A stretch of DNA of 64,000 nucleotides, taken from Naegleria gruberi (Eukaryota). Below the pieces are notes generated by a model. That model worked only from the letters and a program-made list of their open reading frames with translations, was not told the origin of the DNA and ran no database searches. Location: NCBI GenBank assembly GCA_000004985.1, contig GG738889.1. One strand, given 5' to 3'. This document shows positions 33,501 to 43,498 of the stretch, piece after piece. Position 1 is the stretch's first letter, and each line of letters starts with the position of its first letter. A program made the translations under genes and the position numbers.

Positions 33501-34641
33501 TACTATTATCAACACTTGTTGAATTATCTATTTCTGTAGAATTGGAATCAAAAGTGCTATTAGAATCAATTGTAGAATTATCAATATTGGTATTATTGGA
33601 ATTATTACCATTATCAATATAAGTATTGTTATTATTAGTATTATCATCAGTGTTAGTGGAATTACCAGTATGAGTAGAATTATCTCTGGAAGAATCATTA
33701 ATAAAATGTGTATTATTATTCCCAATAATGGATGAATTATTCACAAGTGAGGAATTGCTCACAACTGTTTCATTCTTAACAATCACTGGATCCATGTATT
33801 CAGTCAAATTTCCATACAATTCAGACCACTTGATCACTTGTGATGGACAATTATCACCAATACCATGTCCATATGGATTCAACTTGGTTGTTGTGAAAAT
33901 AATTGCTTGATTACCAATACCATAACTATTATATCCAGTAAACTTGTTATATGGAAGAATTCTAAAACTGTAAGTCTTGTTTTCATCCAAATTATATCTT
34001 GTGAAATTATTGACATTATAAGATTTGTAAGTAATAGTAGTATATCCAACTGCATTCAATGTAGACATTTGAATTTGGATATAACAAATAGTACTAGCAG
34101 AAACATCTGGCATTTTCCACTTTAACAATACACTGTGATAGGTTGGAATTGCTCTAAAATTGTAAATGCTCGCAACTGATGATGCAGAAGGGAATGGAGC
34201 AACACTTGAATTATTGCCAGGATCAGACAAGTCCTTCAGGTTGTATCTTCTTGTTGGAGGACCTCCATAGTACCACGAACAACAAGGATCACCCAATTCA
34301 TCACCATTGGTTAAGCCATCTCCATCAGAGTCCTTCATGCAGAGATCAGTGTTCCAGGCATAATTGTTATTCATGAAATCTCTTCCGAAAGATGTTAAAT
34401 TACCATCCTTTTTGAAAATGTTCTGAAAGAGAGGTGAATTAGCAAAGGTGAGACCATTAGGAAGTTTGGCCACATCAAAATCCAAAGCAGTTACCATTCC
34501 CATACAGCAATAGAAGGAAATTACAATTCCTATCATGATCATTAATATCCTTGAGGATGAGGATGACCAAGACAGCTGATGTCTTGCTGTATTCTTCTTC
34601 ATCCTGTTATCATCATCATTCCCGAACAAGGAACGCATCAT
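27523..34641 (-). CDS. Giant membrane glycoprotein of about 2370 aa with a TMEM2/CEMIP-like domain arrangement. The order is an N-terminal signal-anchor, an FN3-like region, an N-glycosylation sequon array, a G8 domain, a right-handed beta-helix region, EGF-like modules, a VWD-like domain, more EGF modules, and a C-terminal TM helix.
   Basis: The G8 region (…GSLQIGNETSPHQHNATITLHGE…GGALSLHGKKHEVSWTLLGKSAQVGDTSVHLKQPTEWQVGDEIVLASTDY) and the following RYPIYFQLFGD…HVEGVVAFNIYGHTFFLEDGAEQYNIFENNLG…NPNNIFIGNRAAGSDAFGFWYH are collinear with TMEM2/CEMIP. The EGF modules are CVCRWGWYTETC and CACFPGFGGSDC. The VWD-like motif is GGLYGTLDGNKDNEFTLRDG. The TM helix is GIIVGSVIGGYVAVLFVCVSSIIALIII. The ORF is uninterrupted except for the N-gap 32689..33165. 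The first ATG is at 34641, with a possible signal-anchor IMIMIGIVISFYCCMGMVTA. Confidence 0.85.
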   Translation of the reverse strand: MMRSLFGNDDDNRMKKNTARHQLSWSSSSSRILMIMIGIVISFYCCMGMVTALDFDVAKLPNGLTFANSPLFQNIFKKDGNLTSFGRDFMNNNYAWNTDLCMKDSDGDGLTNGDELGDPCCSWYYGGPPTRRYNLKDLSDPGNNSSVAPFPSASSVASIYNFRAIPTYHSVLLKWKMPDVSASTICYIQIQMSTLNAVGYTTITYKSYNVNNFTRYNLDENKTYSFRILPYNKFTGYNSYGIGNQAIIFTTTKLNPYGHGIGDNCPSQVIKWSELYGNLTEYMDPVIVKNETVVSNSSLVNNSSIIGNNNTHFINDSSRDNSTHTGNSTNTDDNTNNNNTYIDNGNNSNNTNIDNSTIDSNSTFDSNSTEIDNSTSVDNSTSGLNDTSISNNSTDNSTISTNNGTVQNTTDSLSNSTQSDSNGTVSYNSTVENNSTTATGDNTTNVNNSTTDSNSTMDNSTNVDNSTLYDNTTNVDNSTTNSNSTIDNNSTIXXXXXXXXXXXXXXXXXXXXXXXXXXXXXXXXXXXXXXXXXXXXXXXXXXXXXXXXXXXXXXXXXXXXXXXXXXXXXXXXXXXXXXXXXXXXXXXXXXXXXXXXXXXXXXXXXXXXXXXXXXXXXXXXXXXXXXXXXXXXXXXXXXXXXXXXXXXXVLSISTTCVNITAQAESNSSTSDNSTIDGNSTLVDNSTTDGSNATVGDFSTIGENNSTLDSNSTVQNNNTADNNSTVDNNNGTNVDNSTDIGDNNSTNIDGSNSTLVDHSTTSNNTTDSNNSTSDNSTIVNNGTITSDNSTFNNSTSDNSTIANDNSTIAGNSTTDNNSTVDGNSTIGNSSTTDSNNTSNSNSSNIDDSQFNSTTNCTTEITREDIYDCYATEHTTECYTNSTFDGFYYTNHTDCVIFTHIDSFTCDSANCSTCSNGDAMCISVTNSNCSNTTYISENVTSVVCNQITVNTSTVCSLNRTIFNVTNCYGDNSTFILVNNTLISHNSTNSTTNSTNNYIDEEEEDDSLYLEPERILVVPENYTVILDVIPPKLDVVHVFGCLVFSDELDLEMHFKSMIVTGSLQIGNETSPHQHNATITLHGERNLNRTLIGFGVKNIIVTSGGALSLHGKKHEVSWTLLGKSAQVGDTSVHLKQPTEWQVGDEIVLASTDYYHNQAERRTISVRFNSTCFGFVKPLVYGHYANTEYYQKANGTVVTFDERGEVGLLSHNIKIRGDLATSEDSMFGGHTAFLRTAQYVRLDNVEFTRMGQAGIPGRYPIYFQLFGDANTSYVHKVSVYDTYQRAVALQGTNYLHVEGVVAFNIYGHTFFLEDGAEQYNIFENNLGILSKVIPDSRSVMLPDNQDNNPATFYITNPNNIFIGNRAAGSDAFGFWYHLDSYATGASQTPYIRPNRWYWGQFVNNTAHSNNQHGMMLYPNFYTCTNPKMEMYDSTNCGTDKNPWSEPVFENMNIWKNRQNGQYSHVQGKLNLKGSIFADNPVSYTVLNIIMSPIVVSGAIFIGFTQNKGNPNNCNDGQCYRCGTDYKNPSSPYYRSLPSYSRNDPFIGVLYHRDGNTLLLQDLEFFDFVDNCERKLSSIDLRNDDWASMNQGDYVTNRMYFHNANVMYLLAGLASKESSLSDVYRHEVIIDTDGTLSRNITVPSKIRRAGARIIPSTMIMVDPILCAYVKEWNAFICDESVNFKRFEITTPAITNGIDRARVNSTNGYSEKLNGRLQYWGEWWYRALYMDYGIYRYSIDWLGVVGTPEKIRLDWQGSTTLSVSIGFVKWGPLKVKIEFTDGSPTRNLSPSNFTDGLTTYDCKNNIVTLPVKKEATVYIEEATYVPPGSNCVAVIDTDLCANRSSCGGAKRGKCVGPNECVCRWGWYTETCSSFHCVHRNWCGGRGTCVGPNTCACFPGFGGSDCSLVHIFDLVNKVLAFGDIHLRTVDAAEYTFNSIGEFYLYKSNELGLQGRLMKCTADSKTSCMKGISFMSGSDKVSILSDGKTGVKVLVNDVQVYLNETKVNVQPVEADTKFEIPKDLQKLVEQIKGQVDPDTNQVANITESQLVYKEPDTPILVLNGGATITQEDDTSSYYMVNGLKFYYKSITVKYSGDFKGQIKLRNDGLGWLAVSFAPSKDVNFTGTELGGLYGTLDGNKDNEFTLRDGTVLPSPTAEQIHQVFGESWRISKNESFFTYTVGSQYEDLNVLDFKPIMKASSENATLQALAEKACNSLGLTASFYESCMFDVLSTGLVEYAMASATAVAQDSCSNNGSCTAVLVCPNFCSLNGKCLSGVCKCDLGYLGEDCSIPVTYINLVGIIVGSVIGGYVAVLFVCVSSIIALIIISRRYKVQNVTRMVSIVPTLDHRDELRSVCSADYEDQRIEMLDRTMGTITFKRE
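31900..33700 (-). repeat. Coding low-complexity tandem array of about 15-nt-period units encoding (D/N/S/T)-N-S-T, that is dozens of N-x-S/T sequons. It includes the N-gap.
   Basis: On the coding strand it reads …NSTIDSNSTFDSNSTEIDNSTSVDNSTSGLNDTSISNNSTDNSTISTNNGTV…. On the plus strand it appears as the reiterated gaattg/gttgaatt/attggaatt motif. Confidence 0.85.
32689..33165. other. Assembly gap of 477 N inside the sequon-array repeat of the G8 gene.
   Basis: A literal run of n flanked by the NST repeat on both sides. Confidence 0.99.
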
Positions 34642-35426
34642 CTTTATAAAATTAAAATTGTTCGGTTTAAAACACCAAGTTCTCCAACACAAATGTTTCT
34701 CTTGTTTTTTTTAAGGCAAATCCCGCACTAAGATATTTCAGTTGTGAGGATGTTAATAATTCAATAACGAAACAAACCTGTGTAATAAATTAAATAGTGT
34801 GAGGAATAGTTTGATGTTTTTTTTCACTTGGTCAATGTTGAGGAGAATAGTTGATGGCCCTCCATTTACCAACGGCCTCAATCCATTCACATTGTTGATG
34901 CAACACAATGGTGGTGAGGAAGATATTAATATCCTTTAGGTTGTATGGTCTCCTGAATGCCACTGTATAACAAACCGAAAAACGTCAATTTTAATTAGGA
35001 GAGCTTCACAAATTTGACACCACATTGTCAGAGACAGTTTTGGCAAATCTCACAACATTGTGCTTAGAGCGCATGTATTCCATAATATTGTATAATATAA
35101 CATTGTCTTAGGAGTGGTGTTAAATAGCTTTCAATTTTTTTGGAGATTTCGTTGAAAATCTAACTGCTGTAATGCTGCTGTTAAAAAGAAAATCAATGAT
35201 ATTACAGGTAGTTATTCATTAATTAAGTTGTTTCTTTTGATAGAAGGAATTGTATTAACAAATAGAGTATTCACAGACCATTGTAAGTAAGGAACAAATG
35301 GTTTTATACGGCAATCGTTACAGAATTGCCAAACCTGAGGGACAGAGCTGTTCGATAATGAATCTTCCAAAGAATCAAGGACTCTTTACTCCTATTATTC
35401 CGTAAACTATGAAATTACAAATAAGT

Positions 35427-37068
35427 TTATAATACCTTTCTAATCCTATTATTTTTAGTATCTGCAATGTAAACAGCACCATTTGACTGAACTGCAATTC
35501 CACATGGATCATTGAGAGATGACAAGATGGCAGGCCCATTATCTCCATCAAACCCAGCTCCGCTTCCACCAGCAATTGTTGAAATAGTTTTGGTTGTTGG
35601 ATTAATCTTCTTAATTCTTGCATTAGACTTGTCAGCAACATAGACATCACCATTTGGACCAATAGCAATACCAAAAGGTGAATCCAAGCATGCAAACTCT
35701 GTTGTGGATGGGAATCCTGGACGACATCCACCAGCAATTGTAGTCATGGTATAATAACCATTTTGAACTACGACTTGTCTCACCGTATTGATCAAATTTT
35801 CAATAAAGTAAATCTTTCCTCCACTTGCTGCAACACTTATTGGGGATGAAATCTTGATATATTGAGCAAGTCCTTCATAAATTAAATTGGGTTGTATATA
35901 AGGAGAGTATGTGTAATCTGTTCCAGCAACAGTGTAAAGTTTTGAAGAGGTAATTTTTCTAATCTTTGAATTATTAGTATCTGCAAAGTAAACAGTATTT
36001 GAACTAGATTGATCCACAGCAACACTTGTTGGATTATTCAACGATGAAGCAATGGCTGATAATCCGTCATACAAAGGACTACCAGCATCACCATCCCCTG
36101 CAATGGTAGAAATCTTTCCATTTGAGATTGTAATCTTTCTAATTCTATGATTTTGGCTATCAGCAATATAGACATTTCCAATCGAATCGAGAGCAACACC
36201 TGTTGGTGAGCTTAATTTAGCAGTTGTAGCAATGATATTGTCTCCGTTATAACCTTCCTCTTCTGTTCCAGCAATGGTTGAAAGCTTTCCAGTAAGTGCT
36301 GTGAATTTTCTAATTCTATGATTTTGAGTGTCTGCAATGTAAATATTTCCACTAGAATCCACTGCAATACTTGTTGGAAATAGAAGGGAGGTAGAAGTTG
36401 CTGCTCCTGAATCTCCACCATATCCAGGCATACCATTACCCACAATGGTTTTAATTTGAGGTAACAAAATGTTGGTCAAGAATTGAGAAACGCTCACTGA
36501 ACTAGATGGATTAGCCAACCTGTTTATCAAACCCCATGCGGAAGAGGAATTCGACTTTTTGTAAAGGAATACTACTCCATTATCAACCATGTCTGGTGCG
36601 CCAACTAAGAGATAGTTACCATTGGATGAGAAGGACAATAAACCGCCAAAAGATTGTTCTTCAGAATCAATGGCAAATTCCAATGCACAACTATCATTTT
36701 CCACACATGAGAAAATTTCAACTCTATATTCATATCCAAGCACCAATTGGTTGGATAACATGGCTGCAGAAGTAACGTTCGAGACTGAGACATCCATCTC
36801 CTTATACCATTCAAAAGTGGATGTGGAATACTTGTAAAGGGATACTATTGATTCTTGAATGGAGACTACTCGTTGATAGTCCTGAGAAAAGAGAGCTGAA
36901 ATAACTTGGACTGGTGTATCTAATATAATTGATGAGGTGCTTCCATTATGAACTGTGAGTGTATCAACGTCCCATGTGAGTGTGAGTTGTTGTTACTTGG
37001 GTGAAACTACCAAGAGTCAATAAGAGCAGCATCATGATCACTGTTACCATAATATGTAATCGCTTCAT
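35427..37068 (-). CDS. Secreted NHL-repeat beta-propeller protein of about 520 aa. Its 5' structure is uncertain.
   Basis: The 456-aa ORF carries more than 6 NHL repeats (…IYIADTQNHRIRKF…, …VYIADSQNHRIRKI…, …VYFADTNNSKIRKI…, …VYVADKSNARIKKI…, …VYIADTKNNRIRKV). An upstream signal-peptide ORF (MKRLHIMVTVIMMLLLLTLGSFTQVTT, ATG 37068) lies in a different frame. The two join either through a short intron or, more likely, a 1-nt frameshift near 36990. Confidence 0.65.
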
Positions 37069-38282
37069 TGCTGGTGTTTTGTTGTTGGTAGCAGCTACGA
37101 ACAACAATGGATTAGTAGAGAGGCTAGAGATATGTGGTGTTGAGGACATTTTTTTTAAAGATTTGAGAATGTCTAAGGGTACAGTAATAGTGGCGGGAAA
37201 TATCCTGTTCCATTGATCAAGCCAACCTCTAGCTGTTTTGGGGCTACTTGGAGCGTTCTCGTTTGTTAATAGAAGCTTCAAAAAAGTTGTTTGTTTGCGC
37301 TTATGTGCCTGGCAGTAGATTACATCCAAAACGAGACGAGCTGGTACAAGCTCCTCTACTGACATAAATGACAATAAGGTTCAAATATGGATGATTGGTC
37401 ATCTTTGCCATTAAGCACATACGCAATTATTGGTATTATTATTATTTAATATCAATCAGTATTAAATAATGAAAAATGTCAAAATATAGAGAGGATAGGA
37501 TCAGATTGAAAATTAATCTTGTATTGAAATTTAAATATTGAATTTAAATTTTCAAGTCACTACACCGAGCCACTACAAACTGGGGTCCATATTTGAAGAG
37601 AAGGGCAACGCATGGAAAGCAGATAATTTCAGTTTGGCTTGCCGTCTATAGAGATGGTTGATGTTGATGTTGAATTGGTAGTAGTGGTGGAGGTTGAATT
37701 ATCACTCGTTGAATTATCAATACTCTGCAGTAAATTGAATAGCAAGAGGGGAATATTGGATGATGAAATTTCTTCTGCCATGATAATTGATGATAGGATT
37801 GATGATGGTAATAAGTGTGTTCTCTTTTTCTCTCGGAGGTTAATAGTGTGGATGGATTTTACAGGATTGTTTGGTGATGAACCTTCAGAGATGTTGAAAT
37901 TGTTTTTTTCTAACGGTTTGCTGTTTCATAAAGGTTTTTTGATTTTCCACATGTCAGCAAAACCCTTGATTTGCTAAATGACTTGTCAACCATTGTCGCA
38001 AGATTCTGAGCACTCAAATAGAATGGTTTCCTCATTCAAGTTCAAAAGTTCGCTCGTGTGGAAATTGTTTGTGTTAATTCCTTAGTCATATAAAACTTTA
38101 AATTTATTATTGAGACTAAACTATCCTACTATTTGATATTCGGTTGTATTGGTTGCTTGATCAAATTGCCACTATTCAATTCCATACTATTTTGAATTAT
38201 CTAAATTCAATCTCCATTATTATTGAACTGGTCAAAACTGTTTCATCATTTAAATATTTCAGATGAAACTTGTTTAAATAAT

Positions 38283-41200
38283 TTAATCGCTGTTATTCAT
38301 GAATGGACCCAAAGCTTCATCATAGGCAAAGGAATAAATTTCTTGCATGTCATCATTATCTAGGAATGGCTCAAAGAATGATTCATTTTGAAGAGATGGC
38401 TCTGCATTCATATTTGGAACAGGAGAAGCAAGTCCAAAACCTAGATTATTTCCCAAATTCAAATTTAAACCGCTACCATTAATCATGTCTTGCCAGTTAA
38501 TAGTAGGAGGATCTACCATTTGATTTTGAGTTCCCATATTGATAGGATTATTACTCTTGTTATTATTCTTTGGATTGGCAATAACTGAGAAAAAGTCCTT
38601 GGTATTCTTAACATTTTGGAATTCGGAAAATTCTGAAAGATTGTAGTGACTAAATATATCATTTGAAAATCCACTCAAAGGATTAGTAGTGGTAGTGCTT
38701 CTATTGGATGTATTGGAAACGGTAGGAAGACTACTAGTTGTACTACTAGGAGTGGTGCTATTGGTGCTATTAGAACTGCCAATACTGGTGGTTGGAAGAG
38801 AGCCAGATGAAAAGTTTTGAGTGAATTGTGGCAAGTCAGTTGGTTGTTTGCTTCCATCATTCAGAGAGTGAGAAGTGAATAAATTGAGAGCACTCATCAA
38901 GTGTTTTCTATTGATAATTTCCTCCATTTCTTGCATAAGTGTTTTGTGGAAGAGAGAAACTTTCTTATATCTCTTGGAGAGAATGTTCAAGGCTCTCAAA
39001 TCTTTGGCCAAAATCTCATAATAGTCAACAGTACCAACTCGTGGTTCCTCACCATAGTTGACTGTTGGTACCATCATTACCTCTGGATTTTGACGTTCTC
39101 CAGCCTCAATAGACTTGACGATGTGAAGGTGAACTTTGGCAGCTGCTGCAACGTGAGCAACAATTGGTGGTGGCACAAAGAGGAATAACTCATTCTCTGT
39201 ACCAAATGTAATTTTGAGAGCAGACTCTTCAATCAATTCCTTTCCACGATTGACAGCACTCAAAATTCCTAATCTAATGCCATGGAATACAATAGTTGAT
39301 CCCATATCGAAAATCTTCAAGTTTCTTTCACTACCAGTCTTTGTGAGATGCATTCTTACGATGTGTAAAAGTGTCTCTACAACCTTGATCATTGTGGAAT
39401 AGTTATTTGGTGTCAAATCTTGCTCGAGTAATGTTCTCCATTCGGTAGGTATTTGAATACCAAGTGTCTTTTCGAATACATTTGGCCAATCCTTCAAGAG
39501 AGAAAGCACACCACTATCATTTGATGAACAGACTTTACAAAAACTTCTAATCTTTTTGAGATTTTTCTGATAGATTGTCAAATTTTGTTGTTCTTCTTCA
39601 CTGAGCTCATCAAGGTAAAAGTTAACAGACTGTAAATAGTATTTGGCAGTCTTTAGTCTTCCACATCCTGACTCGTAGATGCACATGAATGCATAACAAC
39701 AACTCACGTAAAAATTTGAATGTTCATCAAAGAATTTGGATAGAGCTTCTCTAGCTTTTTTCATTGTTTCTTCAGCTAAATCTGAAAGACCAGTTCTTTG
39801 CTCGCAAATGGCCTTAATAGCTAAAAACATGGCATATACTTCCTTCTTGTTTGGCATGATATCATTTCCTTCAGTAATAATTTCTTCATCGTCATCCTTT
39901 GAGTTATTTGACTTAGAAGAGAGATATCCTTCAAAGTCTTTTCTTTCAATTACTGGCATACCATTACCAAAAATGTTAAAGTACAAATCTAGTACCTTTC
40001 TCTTGTCAAGATGTTTTTCTGGTGTTTTGGCAATATTTCCATAGGGTGTTTCAGATGATAAAATGTTTGCCAACAACTTGGTTGTGCTTGAATGAAGAGG
40101 TTTCACTCCAGCATTAGTAGTATTGAAGATACACATGTTCATTTCGGAAATTCTTCTAACATCAACATCTGCCATTTGAGGTGCTGTATTTGTTGAAATT
40201 CTGTCCAATTCTGGAGGGTTCATTGAAACTCCTTCCCATGATGGTAGAGATGAAGCAATGTCCCTATTGCTTTGGTCACCTTCAGTAGATGTTTTTGGTT
40301 TGGCTGTTCTTCCCTTTTTTCTTGGGATTTTATATTCACAATTTACTCCTCTCGAAACACATTTTGAACAGGCTGGTAATTTCCTATCCTATAATTTCAA
40401 AATTCAATATTATAATCCAAATATGATAAGAGATATCAAAAGTTAGTACTCCAAATAATTGTTTAAATACTAATACGTACACATCTTTTGTGTAGACGAC
40501 GGCATTGTACACAAGCTATTGGATGGAATAAACCTCCACTCTCATCTCCTTCCATTTGCATCTCCTCATCTTCATCAGATTCTGGAGCAACTGGTTTTTT
40601 CTTCTTCTTTTTCTTTGATTCTTCTACGTGTTGTCCATTACTTCCACTACTACTCGAAAGGGATGATGAGGATGTTGGTGATGTCATTGGTAGGTTGTTG
40701 TTGCTGCTACTTGTAATATGATTATTAATATTATTCAGCAAGGTTGAAATCTTGTCCGAAGATGCTGATTTTGATATTTGTTGATTGGCATTTGCTGATG
40801 TTGTGTTGTTTGTTCCTGCTGATGAATTACCCAAGAGTGAAGAAGAACTTGTTGATGGTGCTAATAAACCTCCCTTGTTCTGGTTTGGCAATCCAAGTTG
40901 TTCCAAATAGTAAGAGAGTGAATCTGCCAGAGGTGTTGATGCTGGTGGAAGGGGTGAGACAAATGCTGATGGATTGGTGCTATTGCTATTTGAGGAGGAA
41001 CTTCCTGGAGTATTTACATTGGCTGACATTGCATTCAGGAGGTTGTTATTGCTATTGGTATTGTTGTTATTGCCAGAGAAGAGTCGTTGATAGTAGTGTG
41101 CCATTTCGTCGGAAGCCATCGTAGATGTGGATCCATCCAATAAATTAAATAGAGAAGGTTGATTGGTGGCACCACCTTGTTGCTTTTCGAATTGGTGTAG

Positions 41201-41383
41201 GAAGTGAAGAGCATTGGAGGTGTTGGAGGATTGGAAGGCAGATTGTGGCCCTTGGTATCGTAAATTATAAAGGTTGTTATTGCTCTCGCTATTATTCTGT
41301 TGTTGTTGTTGTGAATGTTGTTGGTGGTTGTTGTTATTGCCATTGCTACCACCTTGGCCAGGGTAGGTTGTTTGTTTGGGCAT
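38283..41383 (-). CDS. Zn(II)2Cys6 binuclear-cluster transcription factor of about 1002 aa. It has 2 exons: 41383..40481 and 40388..38283.
   Basis: It has a Gln/Asn/Ser-rich N-terminus and the zinc cluster CvqCrrlhkrC|drklpaCskCvsrgvnCey with all 6 Cys at canonical spacing. A 92-nt intron (40389..40480, GTACGT…TATAG, phase 0) sits between Cys3 and Cys4. A basic linker follows, and the large C-terminal region may be a fungal-TF middle-homology domain. Confidence 0.8.
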
Positions 41384-42781
41384 TGTTTTGGGACTGGTAT
41401 TAGCAATTAAAACGAAAGGATCTTCTTAGATTGGAGATTTTCGTGATTGTAGGGGTTGGCGTTGTTTGATGGTTTTGTGTTCTAAGAGGTAGGAAGAAGA
41501 ATGTGGCTCTCTTGTTGTAGATCGTTTGGAAGATGACAAGATGTTATTCTTTCCAAGCAAGGGAGGCGATAACGATTTTTACTTGGGGAGAGAAAGCAAA
41601 AAAACTTGTGGTGGTTTGGATAGCGATGTTGTTGTTTTCTTTTTCTCTTTGAATTCTAAAATTATGCTTACGGCAACAATTGACAAAGATAATAAGTGAT
41701 GATAGATTGGATATGTTGCTGATGATGATTGATGTTGTTCGAGCAGATTTTTGAATGGGTGGATTAACACCATCATATTTGAAGTTGAACAAGAAGTAAT
41801 AGAAATTTTGATATGAATATTCATGCGAGGATGAAAACACATGAGAGAGGACAATAAATTGAAGCGTGAGCATAAATGCATGCTGTGCAAAGGAACTGAA
41901 AACAAACCTTTGGAAATGAAATATGGAAGGTCACCTTCTCTTTTGTTCTTTACTCATCACACACGAGAATGGAACCTAAGAGCTTGTCTTGTTTTTTTCT
42001 GGATTTCAAAAATAAATTCCTGCAGTATTTCGAAGAAGGCATGAGAATCAAACGTTTGAAAAACAAAGTTTTCAACAGCTAATTGCAAATCAATTGACAA
42101 GAAAGCATCTTGATGGGCGGCAATAAGAATAGACTCAAAAAGAACCACATATTTACCTCAAGATTACTATTGATATTGGATCACTGTGTTTTTCATTAAA
42201 TTGATAGAGCTCATGTTTAAATGATGAAAACGTGCGCTTCTACTTGAAATTCCAAGAGGAATAAAGTGCGTTGTTTCATGACCTTGTTGAACCAATCCAT
42301 CTACTACTGTAGTTGAGTGGTTGATTGTGTTTTCAATTGGGTTTAATTTTGGAATATCAAATGCATTTGAATTTGAATACACGTGTTTTTGAGGAAATTC
42401 ATTAGAATGAAATACGTAAGCAAATGAATACTTGAGTTTACAATACAATCATTTTGAGATCCTCATAGGCGACTGTAATGGCGCTAAATAAACTATTAAA
42501 GATAAATGCCTTTCCGTTGCTACTTTAACAATGATGTTTGATCCGTGCGGGTCTTTGCTATTTATAATTGTGTGTTCCCTTTCTATCCAATCATTTTCAC
42601 ACTAAATACCTTATCGACATCTATTTTCAATTGTAAAGTTGATAAAATAGAAATTTTAAAAACAACTCAATTTTAAAAAAAAATAGAACCAAACAACTTT
42701 CCATTTTTTGAATAGATCTATTTGCATACATTGCCCATACAAAAAGAAGAATAGCAGGAAAAACACTTAAAAATACAGAGA

Positions 42782-43498
42782 ATGATACCCCTCGGAAAAA
42801 CCTTACTAATCGGAACGGCATCTTCTCTCCTCGGAGCAGTATGTCTTGATTATGTGTTATCCAAGCACTACTTTAAGATTGAAACCATCCGAGAGGATAC
42901 CAATAGAGAACAAGTGATGAAAACATATGCCAGTTTGAAAATACCATCTCTCAATATGCAAGAAGTGTCTTTGAATGATAAATTGGAGAATGTTTCAATG
43001 CTGGATCGATTCGAATCCAAGTATGGTGAAGAAATCATGCTGATGGATCATTATAGAACTTCCATTTCCATTCCAAAAAGTGGTGAATCAATGAGCCAGT
43101 TGAACTCAACAGAAATGGCTCAGAGTTTCTACAGCTCACCTCTTTTCGGTTTGGAAAAGATGATTCTTGCACGAATTGAACCAACTTTTGGAAATTTGGA
43201 AAATTCAAAAATTGAAAAGATGAATTTTGACATTGGCGAAAATGTTTCGATATTTCATGTGATTGAGAAGAAGGATGATGAGATTTTATTGAGAACTCCA
43301 TGGGGCTCATTATCTTGGATGAAAGTTGTGAGGAAATCAGATAGTGAATATGAATTGAATTTTGGAAGTGGAATCTTGACGAAAGGTCATTTGGGAAGTA
43401 AACCAATGTTTAAGGTTTTGATTCCATTCCATGCTATTTATTCAAGGTATTTGTTGGCATTTACAAAACGTGGTATTGCTATTAATAAAAAATTGTAA
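42782..43498 (+). CDS. Hypothetical protein of 238 aa with an N-terminal hydrophobic segment, single exon.
   Basis: An uninterrupted ORF from ATG to TAA. I recognised no domain. Confidence 0.5.
   Translation: MIPLGKTLLIGTASSLLGAVCLDYVLSKHYFKIETIREDTNREQVMKTYASLKIPSLNMQEVSLNDKLENVSMLDRFESKYGEEIMLMDHYRTSISIPKSGESMSQLNSTEMAQSFYSSPLFGLEKMILARIEPTFGNLENSKIEKMNFDIGENVSIFHVIEKKDDEILLRTPWGSLSWMKVVRKSDSEYELNFGSGILTKGHLGSKPMFKVLIPFHAIYSRYLLAFTKRGIAINKKL

Noticed and set aside
32123-33622. Several antisense or off-frame ORFs inside the G8 gene (32123..32374, 32379..32597, 33183..33488, 33398..33622, 33528..33725) encoding L/V/E/I-rich peptides, and the all-X ORF 32679..33170.
   Set aside because: They lie in the NST sequon-array repeat. 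The periodic low-complexity DNA stays open in several frames and on both strands, so the real gene is the 2370-aa minus-strand ORF. The X ORF is the assembly gap.
37639-37977. A 112-aa plus-strand ORF (MPSIEMVDVDVELVVVVEVELS…) between the NHL gene and the Zn2Cys6 gene.
   Set aside because: It is low-complexity (V/E/L/D runs), on the strand opposite to both neighbours, and lies in a probable promoter region. It is most likely spurious.
41544-42448. Small ORFs (41544..41905, 41841..42044, 41957..42148, 42167..42448) in the 1.4-kb divergent spacer.
   Set aside because: They are short, overlap one another on both strands, and have no domain or splice evidence. They are treated as non-coding promoter region.
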